Source: Silvanigrellaceae bacterium
GTDB lineage: Bacteria; Bdellovibrionota_B; Oligoflexia; Silvanigrellales; Silvanigrellaceae
Length of the DNA: 45,399 nucleotides
NCBI GenBank assembly: GCA_049423385.1
Contig: JBMSQQ010000017.1
Coordinates: 1 to 45,399, forward strand
Direction: 5' to 3'
Position numbers and translations under genes: made by a program. The notes under the pieces were generated by a model. The model searched no databases. It had not been told where the DNA came from and saw nothing but the letters and a program-made list of their open reading frames with translations. This document shows, piece after piece, positions 1 to 7,372 of this stretch. Within the stretch, counting starts at the first letter, position 1. Each line of letters starts with the position of its first letter.

Positions 1-1
1 T

Positions 2-766
2 TTGTTTGAAAACCTGCTCACGCAGATTGCCCCTTATGCCATTCCGGTGAGTGTCAGCCAGGAAGTTGTCCTCATTCAAAAAAACCGCAACCACATTTTG
101 CGGGTCGAAACCCGTGATGGGCACGTCTATCACAGCAAGACGGCTGTTTTGAGTCTTGGCATGGGAGCCCACATTCCCCGGCGCCTCGATATTCCGGGTC
201 TGCGCGAGTTTGAAGGACGTGGTGTCGTTTATGGTGTTCACCACCTGGACGACTTCAAGGGCAAGCGTGTGATGGTGATTGGCGGCGGAGACAGTGCGCT
301 CGATCTTGCTCTCACCGTGATGGAAGTGTGCAAAGACATGGTTCTGATCCACAGATCGGATCGCTTCAATGCACACGAGGAAACAGTTAAAAAACTCTAC
401 GCTTCAAATGCGGAGATCCGGACGTTCGCAGAGTTGGCTTCCATTGAGGGGACTGATCGTGTTCAGCATGTTCAGCTTCGTGACACCCGCAGCAAGGCTG
501 TCTCGCAGCATGATGTGGACGTGGTGATCGTGGCTATCGGCTTGATCTTCAATCTTGAAGGAGTCAAGGATTGGGGGATTCAGCTCGAGAACAATGCCAT
601 TGTGGTTGATCACAATCGCCAAACAAACATGCCTGGTGTTTATGCGGCAGGCGATATTGCGACTTATCCCGGAAAAATGAAATTGATTGGAACCGGCGCT
701 GCAGAGGCGATGCAGGCAATCAATCATGCCAAACACTACATTCAGGAAACTTTTCCCTATTTGTAA
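2..766 (+). CDS. Thioredoxin-reductase-type ferredoxin--NADP(+) reductase (YumC-like), 5' end truncated by the window
   Basis: GGGDSALD NAD(P)H motif, HRSDRFNAHE, and C-terminal AAGDIATYPGKMKLIGTG typical of TrxR-like FNRs; no CxxC redox pair in the visible part. Confidence 0.85.
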   Translation: MFENLLTQIAPYAIPVSVSQEVVLIQKNRNHILRVETRDGHVYHSKTAVLSLGMGAHIPRRLDIPGLREFEGRGVVYGVHHLDDFKGKRVMVIGGGDSALDLALTVMEVCKDMVLIHRSDRFNAHEETVKKLYASNAEIRTFAELASIEGTDRVQHVQLRDTRSKAVSQHDVDVVIVAIGLIFNLEGVKDWGIQLENNAIVVDHNRQTNMPGVYAAGDIATYPGKMKLIGTGAAEAMQAINHAKHYIQETFPYL

Positions 767-840
767 AAAAAAAAGGGCTGCCCGAGCGGTCCATCCGAAA
801 AAGCCAGTTGGCTGACCTTCTCGTCTGTGTCGGGCAACCC
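765..840 (-). terminator. Rho-independent terminator or structured 3' end of a minus-strand transcript
   Basis: Inverted repeat 775-785 (gggctgcccga) / 830-840 (tcgggcaaccc) next to an A10 tract at 765-774, which reads as U10 on the minus strand. Confidence 0.7.
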
Positions 841-869
841 GTTGCTAGGAGGAGGGGGGCTCTCGCTAG

Positions 870-956
870 TTATATTCGTTCGGTTGTCAGAGCCATTAAG
901 CCCTTGTCGATGAGTCCGCGAACTTCGGCGGCTCCTCTTGCGTTACGTGGTTTCAT
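870..956 (-). CDS. Putative 28-aa small protein MKPRNARGAAEVRGLIDKGLMALTTERI
   Basis: ATG at 956 preceded by a GGAGAG RBS (963-968) inside the predicted transcript. Confidence 0.3.
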   Translation of the reverse strand: MKPRNARGAAEVRGLIDKGLMALTTERI

Positions 957-1020
957 GTCATTCTCTCCGTGGAATCGGGTCCGGTTGGGGATCGGGTTAT
1001 TCACAATCCCGCCAGATATT

Positions 1021-1047
1021 TTATCGGAGCTTTTAAAGGCGAAATTA
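1021..1047 (-). promoter_or_regulatory. sigma28 (FliA)-type promoter
   Basis: TAAT-N15-TCCGATAA versus consensus TAAA-N15-GCCGATAA, with an AT-rich upstream region. Confidence 0.55.
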
Positions 1048-1212
1048 ATGTTCATATTAATGTGATTTAAAATCAGTATGTTATATTAAATATTAACCGT
1101 TTTTGAGAGTAAAAAGCGTAATTAAATTCTTTTTTTGATGAAACCTTTCCGAATTGCCAGAGGTCTGTCGTGTTCGTGGTGATAACCTGCCGGAAAACGG
1201 GGGGCACATGGC

Positions 1213-2001
1213 ATGGAACATTTGCTTCAGAACACAAATCTGACGCGGACCGCCCGAGACTTTATTTTGCGCGTCGTTCAGGAATGCCCAAACGTCTTCA
1301 GGCCACGCGAGCTTCATTGGCAATTGAAGCTGATGTCACGATATCCGGGCGAAAGAGCTCTGTTCTCCGCCGCGTTTGTCAAAAAAAAGGTTGAGTTGGA
1401 GGAAGTGCTCCCGCTGGTCCGGTTGATGGTGGTGCCACCACCACGTTCGACACCAATGTCCCAATGGCCCGGGCAATTTTCCGGGTGGCCGACTCCACAG
1501 GCAATTCTGACGCAAATATTCCTCCAGCAAATCCTGATATCCAATGAATTGTTTCTGGATTTGGGCAGTCGAAGCGAGGCGTTTTTTTTGTCGGAAAATC
1601 GCGATTTCATCGGATGGGTTCCGGAAAGCGTCGGTGTGCGATGGCACGAGCCCTTCAGGCAGGAATTGGCAAGGCTTTATCTTGGCTGGGCGTTTGATCA
1701 GGAAGCACTTGTCGAAACTGCACTGAACTCGATGCATCTTGCACCCCTGGACAAAGAATTGCTGCACGTCCTGAATCATTGGCGCGAAGCTTCAGGGTTT
1801 GTTGCCGAGAGTGTTCAGACTCGATTCCTCAAGGCTTTTGCCAAAGCGGAAAGAGTCGGCCTGCATTTGCATCCGAACACAATGGTCTGGGCAATCTATG
1901 AGATCGAAGTTGTCGAGGTGTTGTCGAAGCTGCATGTTGTTGCGGACCTTGAAAACTCGGCAGACGAACTTTGCAGAGTTCACAGCCGGATTTCAGCCTG
2001 A
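1213..2001 (+). CDS. Hypothetical protein
   Basis: 262-aa ORF filling the space after an AT-rich intergenic region; no recognisable catalytic motif. Confidence 0.7.
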   Translation: MEHLLQNTNLTRTARDFILRVVQECPNVFRPRELHWQLKLMSRYPGERALFSAAFVKKKVELEEVLPLVRLMVVPPPRSTPMSQWPGQFSGWPTPQAILTQIFLQQILISNELFLDLGSRSEAFFLSENRDFIGWVPESVGVRWHEPFRQELARLYLGWAFDQEALVETALNSMHLAPLDKELLHVLNHWREASGFVAESVQTRFLKAFAKAERVGLHLHPNTMVWAIYEIEVVEVLSKLHVVADLENSADELCRVHSRISA

Positions 2002-2028
2002 AATTTCGAAGAAAAGATCCGATTCAGT

Positions 2029-2427
2029 TCAAGGTGCGAGAACCCGTCCACCATTTTTCTCGCAAGCCGAAGGTGCTGTGACAGCTGACAATGCTGATGC
2101 AGTGTAGCCCCAGGTTGTCGATGATGTTGAAATGTTGCTTGCGCTGTCCGAAAAAGTCACTTGACATCCACCCTGACGCGCCTCGGTCACGCATGGAGCT
2201 TCCTGCCAGTTGGCGGCATCCATCGAGCTGTCGCTGTCGCATTTTTGTTTGAAATAAGCGACCTCGTTGGGGGAAAGACTTTTGAATTCCGTGCACGACT
2301 GGCGGGTTTGGCCTTTGGTCAAGGTACACGAATAGACTCCACCAATCGATTGCGAGCCCATCTTCTTGATGCATCCTGCATTTGCCAGGGCCATTGCGCA
2401 GATTCCTGCGACCATCGTGATTTTCAT
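2029..2427 (-). CDS. Cysteine-rich hypothetical lipoprotein (132 aa)
   Basis: ATG 2427 with GAGGAG RBS; signal peptide ending ANAG-C; six further Cys in the mature part. Confidence 0.75.
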   Translation of the reverse strand: MKITMVAGICAMALANAGCIKKMGSQSIGGVYSCTLTKGQTRQSCTEFKSLSPNEVAYFKQKCDSDSSMDAANWQEAPCVTEARQGGCQVTFSDSASNISTSSTTWGYTASALSAVTAPSACEKNGGRVLAP

Positions 2428-2573
2428 GAAAGACTCCTCGTTGCATGGCAATGTTTCCAGAATAGCAAAGTCCGACAGCGCGCAGCATGCTGGGGAACCA
2501 AGAATTTGGCTCTGAAGATTTTGCCAATGATGACGGAGGAGTGCAGCATATCTGCATGACAGGAGGAAGTCGG

Positions 2574-3662
2574 ATGAAGATTCATTCAACCGCAGTGGGT
2601 CTTCTGAAGTCCCCTCTTTTGCGGCCATTCAAGACGGCCCTGAGGACGGTCACCGAACTCGAAGAGATTACAGTTCAGGTGGTCGACCAGAACGGACGGG
2701 TGGGTTGGGGAAGCGTTGTGCCCACTCCGGCCATCACGGGCGACACCGACGAACGCATTCAAGCAGACCTGAAGACTTTACTGAGCGAGTTGAGACGAAA
2801 ACAGATCAACGACGTGTGGGCATGGCAGCAGGAAATTTCTGCTGCTGCAGGATGCTCGCGATCGGCCGTGTGCGCCATCGATGTGGCTCTTCACGACCTC
2901 GCAGCAAAGTCTGCGGGTCAACCTTTGTGGAAATGGCTTGGTGGAATGCATTCCATCCGCATGACGACCAACATGACCATCAGTGTTGATACGCCAGAAG
3001 TCATGGCCCGTTGTTCGGCAGATGCCGTGGCTGCAGGATTCACTTCTTTGAAGGTGAAAGTTGGATTGAATGCCGAGCTCGACAAAACCAGAGTGATGGC
3101 CATCCGCAATGCAATTGGCAGCAAAATTTCATTGCGCCTTGATGCCAATCAGGGGTGGAGCGAAAGAGAAGCCCTGGCTCTGATTCCTTGGTTTGTCGAC
3201 ATGTGTGGACCAATTGATTTTATCGAACAACCGGTCGTGGCTGGCGATTTGGATGCCATGGTGAACATAGCGCGCGCGAGTCCGGTTCCTGTGGTGGCAG
3301 ATGAATCAGCCATGACATTTGCTCAAGCGCGCGAAGTGCTTGATCGGGGAGCTGCGAATGCCCTCAGTGTCAAGCTTATCAAAGCTGGCGGGGTTGCCGA
3401 AGCCCGGCGAATTCTTGATTTGGCTTTTGAACGCAAAGTTCCTTGCCTGATGAGTTGCATGTTTGAGGTGGGTGCAGGCTTGCAGGCTTCGGCGCAATTG
3501 GCTTGCATGCATCCTTCGGTTCATTGGGTCGATCTCGATTCCGCTGAATTTTTGGCATCGCTCCCCTATGAAGGTGGAGTGAGGTTCAGTGGCCCACGGA
3601 TTGCAGTGGGCGACGATCCCGGACTTGGGATTGACCTCGGCAGGTCGCTGCGGCCAGAGTAA
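2574..3662 (+). CDS. L-Ala-D/L-Glu dipeptide epimerase (enolase superfamily, YcjG/YkfB-like)
   Basis: PFKTALRTV N-terminus, KVK motif, DANQG, EQP, ADES, VKLIKAGG, DLD; AGGAGG RBS before ATG 2574. Confidence 0.88.
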   Translation: MKIHSTAVGLLKSPLLRPFKTALRTVTELEEITVQVVDQNGRVGWGSVVPTPAITGDTDERIQADLKTLLSELRRKQINDVWAWQQEISAAAGCSRSAVCAIDVALHDLAAKSAGQPLWKWLGGMHSIRMTTNMTISVDTPEVMARCSADAVAAGFTSLKVKVGLNAELDKTRVMAIRNAIGSKISLRLDANQGWSEREALALIPWFVDMCGPIDFIEQPVVAGDLDAMVNIARASPVPVVADESAMTFAQAREVLDRGAANALSVKLIKAGGVAEARRILDLAFERKVPCLMSCMFEVGAGLQASAQLACMHPSVHWVDLDSAEFLASLPYEGGVRFSGPRIAVGDDPGLGIDLGRSLRPE

Positions 3663-3800
3663 AGTTGTTTTCACAACTGCCACAATTCAGGCGATTGTTC
3701 ACAAAAAGCACAAATGCAGATCTTGGTTTCGGGCTGGACCCAGAATGATAATTCCTTCGCTTGAGGGAATTGGCCCGCTCGGCATTTGGACGGCGAGTAT

Positions 3801-4541
3801 ATGTTGTTTTCAATTGTAGCCATCTTTCGAATGTGTGGAATCGTGACACTCGCACTGCTGCTCAATCTGTTTTTGATATTTCTCCCCGGCAGCAAACTTG
3901 CGCGCATTCACCTGACCTCCAGTTTTTTCAAGCTCATTCTCTCTTTGTGTGGGGTTCACGTTGATTGTAAAATTCCACCCGCCTTGCTGCACGAGGCAGG
4001 GCGCAAAGTGATCGTTGCAAATCACATCAGCTACCTTGATATTTTGATTGTTTCATCATTACGACCCTGTATTTTTCTGGCCAAAAAAGAAGTCGGTGGC
4101 TGGCCGTTGTTTGGCTGGGTGGCGCGCGTGCTGGGATGTATTTTTGTTCATCGAGAATCGCTGATGGGCAGGGCCTGCGCGTTGCGCAATTGTCTGAAGG
4201 CGTCGCATGAAAGCGATATCGCACTTTTTCCGGAAGGAACAACAACGGCTGCTCGATATCCCGATTTGAAGGTGTGGGCCAAAGGGCATGCATGGCTTGC
4301 ACAACGTGCCGGTGCAGATGCCATTCTTTGCCTGGGGTTGGTCTATGAGAATCAGCAGGAACGGGCTTGGATAGACGACGACGCCTTGCTACCGCATTTG
4401 TTTGCAACTCTGCGCAGGCCCAAGACCAAAGTGATAGTCACCGGTGCCTGGGTTCCCGTCGAACAGTCGATTCAACCTGCGCGCCTTGCGCACACAACAC
4501 ACTTTCAACTTTGCACTGCGGTGGCCAATGAATGTTCTTGA
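3801..4541 (+). CDS. Lysophospholipid or lyso-ornithine-lipid acyltransferase (PlsC/OlsA family)
   Basis: NHISYLD, FLAKKEVGGWPLFGW and FPEGTT motifs; start uncertain (3786/3801/3831). Confidence 0.85.
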   Translation: MLFSIVAIFRMCGIVTLALLLNLFLIFLPGSKLARIHLTSSFFKLILSLCGVHVDCKIPPALLHEAGRKVIVANHISYLDILIVSSLRPCIFLAKKEVGGWPLFGWVARVLGCIFVHRESLMGRACALRNCLKASHESDIALFPEGTTTAARYPDLKVWAKGHAWLAQRAGADAILCLGLVYENQQERAWIDDDALLPHLFATLRRPKTKVIVTGAWVPVEQSIQPARLAHTTHFQLCTAVANECS

Positions 4542-5484
4542 AGATATACAGAGTTTCAGTCGCAAATATTCCAACGATATTTTGAGCAGTCGCCTTGAAT
4601 CGATTCAATGTGACGAGGGGAATTTCGACATTGAAATGTTTGAAATCAAACCCCACGACCGCCCCAAAAAAAACCGCTTCACTTTGCTGCTGGTCGCCGG
4701 TGTGCATGGTCTTGAAACTATCGGTGTGACGGTCTTGCTGCATTTCCTTTCGCACCTCATCGAACAAGCCAAGTGGAATGAAGCCGTCAAACGTTCTTTG
4801 GCAAGCGCGCGAGTCGTGGCAATTCCTGCTTTGAACCCTACGGGGATTTTTCAAGGACGCAGGGCGACGTCCGAAGGAATCGACCTCATGCGCAATGCGC
4901 CTGTATCAGCAGAAAAACCACTTCCGTTGTTGGGTGGGCATTCGCTTTCGCCGATTTTGCCCTACTACAAGGGCACGGGAGAACTGGCACAAGAAAGTCG
5001 TGCACTGATTCGTGCTGTCAATGGACTCCTCGAGACGTCCGACGGGATGATTGCCCTCGATTTGCACAGCGGCTTTGGAATGCGCGACAGGTTGTGGACT
5101 CCTTGGTCGATGTCAACGGCATTGCCTCCGCATTGGGAACATTATACGGCCATTCAAAAAGCTCTCGACGATTCGTTTCCTGACCACGTTTACACCTTCG
5201 AGAAGCAGTCCGACAGCTATCAAACAGATGGTGATCTTTGGGACTATCTTCTGTTGGAGAACCAAAACCGAAATGGGCCACTCTTCTTGCCCTTGGCGCT
5301 CGAAATGGGCAGTTGGAATTGGCTGAAAAAAGCTCCATGGCGGGCGTTCAGCAAAATTGGTTGGTTTCATCCGATTGCGGCTCACCGTGTGCAACGTGCG
5401 TGCCGCCGGCACACCACTTTGCTGGACTTTTTGGTGAGCGTCTCTGCGAACTCAGAAAAATTCTTTCGCCAAAGCCTGGGCTGA
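4528..5484 (+). CDS. Zinc carboxypeptidase, M14 family (DUF2817-like)
   Basis: GVHGLE (HxxE), NPTG, DLMRN, DLHSG and LEMG motifs; start overlaps the end of the upstream gene. Confidence 0.85.
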   Translation: MNVLEDIQSFSRKYSNDILSSRLESIQCDEGNFDIEMFEIKPHDRPKKNRFTLLLVAGVHGLETIGVTVLLHFLSHLIEQAKWNEAVKRSLASARVVAIPALNPTGIFQGRRATSEGIDLMRNAPVSAEKPLPLLGGHSLSPILPYYKGTGELAQESRALIRAVNGLLETSDGMIALDLHSGFGMRDRLWTPWSMSTALPPHWEHYTAIQKALDDSFPDHVYTFEKQSDSYQTDGDLWDYLLLENQNRNGPLFLPLALEMGSWNWLKKAPWRAFSKIGWFHPIAAHRVQRACRRHTTLLDFLVSVSANSEKFFRQSLG

Positions 5485-5492
5485 GTCGAGTT

Positions 5493-6311
5493 TCAGCTGA
5501 ACAAGGTCTTTCGGCAACGATCAGACATCGTTGTGGTTGAAAAGTGCATGAGAAAATCGTGGCAATGAAATACGGGATCATGCGCTGGTCCACCGAGGAT
5601 TTTTGCCCCAAGCATCAAGTATGAGCGCAGCAACGGTGGAACAAGAGCTTTCAGATGGGCAGCGTCGAAGTATTCAGATCCGGATTCAACTTTCGTGCTG
5701 GCAGGACACTCAAAGCCTGCTGTCCAGGCACCCGTATTTTGGAAGTATTTGACCAGTGCGTTTGCTTCGGCGTGTGAACGATTGAACACGCTCACGCAGC
5801 CAACTGCTTCGCTTCTTCCTTGCTCGGTCATGTATTTTGCAAGCGCACTCCAAAGGAGTTTTGGGATTGCTCCATTGCGATAAGCCGGATGAACGCAGCT
5901 GCGCCCCAATTCGACCGTCTTTCGCGGGTCGAGCATTTCCATGAGTGGATCCACGACAAATTCATGAGCGGCATAGAGTCCAAGCCCTGCATTTAAGACC
6001 CGGTCGGTGGGCAAGACGCGATAAGTCGCGACAATCCTGCCCTGGTGAATGACGACCAGATGATCGGCAACGGCATCAAAGTCATCAACATCTTTCATGG
6101 TTTGGATGATTTGTTCATTGCCTGACAGGAAGACATCCCATCGTAAAGCAAACACTTCATCAAGTTCGTGTGGAAGGGCCAGACGGACTTCAAACCTTGA
6201 TGACTCTGATTCGTTGCCCAGATGAGAGCGGGCTTCCGAAAATCGTCCGTCAAGCATTGGAACAGATGATGAGATTCGAGCGAATTGACCATTCAGGCTT
6301 GTGTTGTTCAT
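5493..6311 (-). CDS. olsB: GNAT N-acyltransferase, ornithine-lipid/amino-lipid synthase OlsB-like (Acetyltransf_5)
   Basis: LRWDVF..DVDDFDAVADHLVV, VATYRVL, ELGRSCVHPAYRNG, VPPLLRSYLMLGAKILGGPAHDPVF; ATG 6311 with GGAG RBS. Confidence 0.8.
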   Translation of the reverse strand: MNNTSLNGQFARISSSVPMLDGRFSEARSHLGNESESSRFEVRLALPHELDEVFALRWDVFLSGNEQIIQTMKDVDDFDAVADHLVVIHQGRIVATYRVLPTDRVLNAGLGLYAAHEFVVDPLMEMLDPRKTVELGRSCVHPAYRNGAIPKLLWSALAKYMTEQGRSEAVGCVSVFNRSHAEANALVKYFQNTGAWTAGFECPASTKVESGSEYFDAAHLKALVPPLLRSYLMLGAKILGGPAHDPVFHCHDFLMHFSTTTMSDRCRKTLFS

Positions 6312-6379
6312 CGTGGCTCCTGTCGAGAAAGAGATCACTAGATTCTCTCTCCCTCGCGCCTCTCGGAACAGTCCGTTCA

Positions 6380-6472
6380 ATTACGAAACGGTGAATAATT
6401 TCGTCGAATTGTGAACTCACAAAATTGTCAAAAATGATGATTCGACACTTGCTTGTGAAACGAATGTGTCAC
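6380..6472. promoter_or_regulatory. Pho-box-like 7-4-7 direct repeats in the olsB/pstS divergent promoter region
   Basis: Plus strand AACTCAC-aaaa-TTGTCAA (6414-6431) and GTGAAAC-gaat-GTGTCAC (6455-6472); minus strand TATTCAC-cgtt-TCGTAAT (6380-6397). Confidence 0.5.
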
Positions 6473-6544
6473 CCTTGCCAGAAACGATGAGCGCCCGCTA
6501 AGACCCGCTTGTCCTTGTCTACGGACAATTTGAGGAGGTTTTCC

Positions 6545-7366
6545 ATGCGTCTTGTATCGACACTCGTTCTTTCGACTGTTTCAGCTTCTGCATTTGCAGC
6601 TCCATTCACATTCAAAGGCTCCGACACCCTCGCAGGATTGATGACCGACGCCATTCAGGCAGCAGGTCTTCAAGACGAAATTCAGTATGCCGGTGGCGGT
6701 TCTGGCAAAGGTGAAGAGGCGCTTGTGGCCGGCCAACAAGGCATCGCGCCAATGTCACGCGAGATGAAGAAGGAAGCTGCTGCCAAGGCCGTTGCCGCTG
6801 GCATCAACCCAGTTGCTCATCCGATTGCCCTCGACGGCATTGGCGTTTTCGTGAACCGCACAAATGTTGTTGGCAAAATGAGTTTGCCGCTCATCAAGAG
6901 CATCTTCACATGCCAGATCACAGATTGGTCCAAGGTTCCTGCTTCTCAGAAGGTTGGAACAATCGAAGTTTTCCGTCGTGATGACGCTTCCGGAACCACC
7001 GACACCTTCAAATCCATCGTTGGTGTCAAGGAATTCGGACCCTGCGTGAAGGTCCTCAAGGAAACAACCGACATTGCCAATGAAACATCAAACAATCCAA
7101 ACGCAGTCGGATACGCCGGACTTTCGGCAACACGCGATGGCAACCGCCCTGTGACCATTTCCAAGGATGACAATTCGGGAGCTTATTTGCCAACGGTGCA
7201 CAACATCCGCAAGAGCCTTTACCCATTGGCACGTACACTTTATGTGTACGAAGCGACCGGCAGCTACACCTTGAATTCGGCTGAATCAAAGTTGCTTCCT
7301 CAGATTCTTGATCGCTCGTTCATGGATCCTATCGTTCAACAAAACGACTTCATCACATTGGACTGA
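6545..7366 (+). CDS. pstS: Phosphate-binding protein, PstS family
   Basis: Signal peptide; KGSDT, GGGSGKG, PIALDGI, RDDASGT, YPLARTLYVY; GAGGAGG RBS. Confidence 0.85.
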   Translation: MRLVSTLVLSTVSASAFAAPFTFKGSDTLAGLMTDAIQAAGLQDEIQYAGGGSGKGEEALVAGQQGIAPMSREMKKEAAAKAVAAGINPVAHPIALDGIGVFVNRTNVVGKMSLPLIKSIFTCQITDWSKVPASQKVGTIEVFRRDDASGTTDTFKSIVGVKEFGPCVKVLKETTDIANETSNNPNAVGYAGLSATRDGNRPVTISKDDNSGAYLPTVHNIRKSLYPLARTLYVYEATGSYTLNSAESKLLPQILDRSFMDPIVQQNDFITLD

Positions 7367-7372
7367 TTGGTT

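Larger units (their letters stand above)
765..1015 (-). ncRNA. Candidate small RNA of about 250 nt, possibly dual-function with a 28-aa ORF
   Basis: Bounded by a sigma28-like promoter (1021-1047) and a terminator (765-840); contains a CCCCCCUCCUCCU anti-SD-like tract (847-859); no long ORF. Confidence 0.45.

Noticed and set aside
808..1065. 85-aa plus-strand ORF and the AGGAGG at 847-852 as an RBS
   Set aside because: TTG start without an RBS, no start codon at suitable spacing after the AGGAGG, and promoter and terminator signals indicate minus-strand transcription
1213..2001. Faint resemblance to the C-lobe of ABC1/UbiB atypical kinases
   Set aside because: No kinase catalytic motifs are recognisable; left as hypothetical pending an HHpred search
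1999..2025. TGAA-N15-TCCGATTC sigma28-like motif
   Set aside because: Poor -35 element, and it points antisense into the 3' end of a gene about 550 nt from the next plus-strand start
2441..2460. sigma54-like TGG...TGC upstream of the 2427 lipoprotein gene (similar case at 1209-1225)
   Set aside because: GG-GC spacing is 12 rather than the obligatory 10
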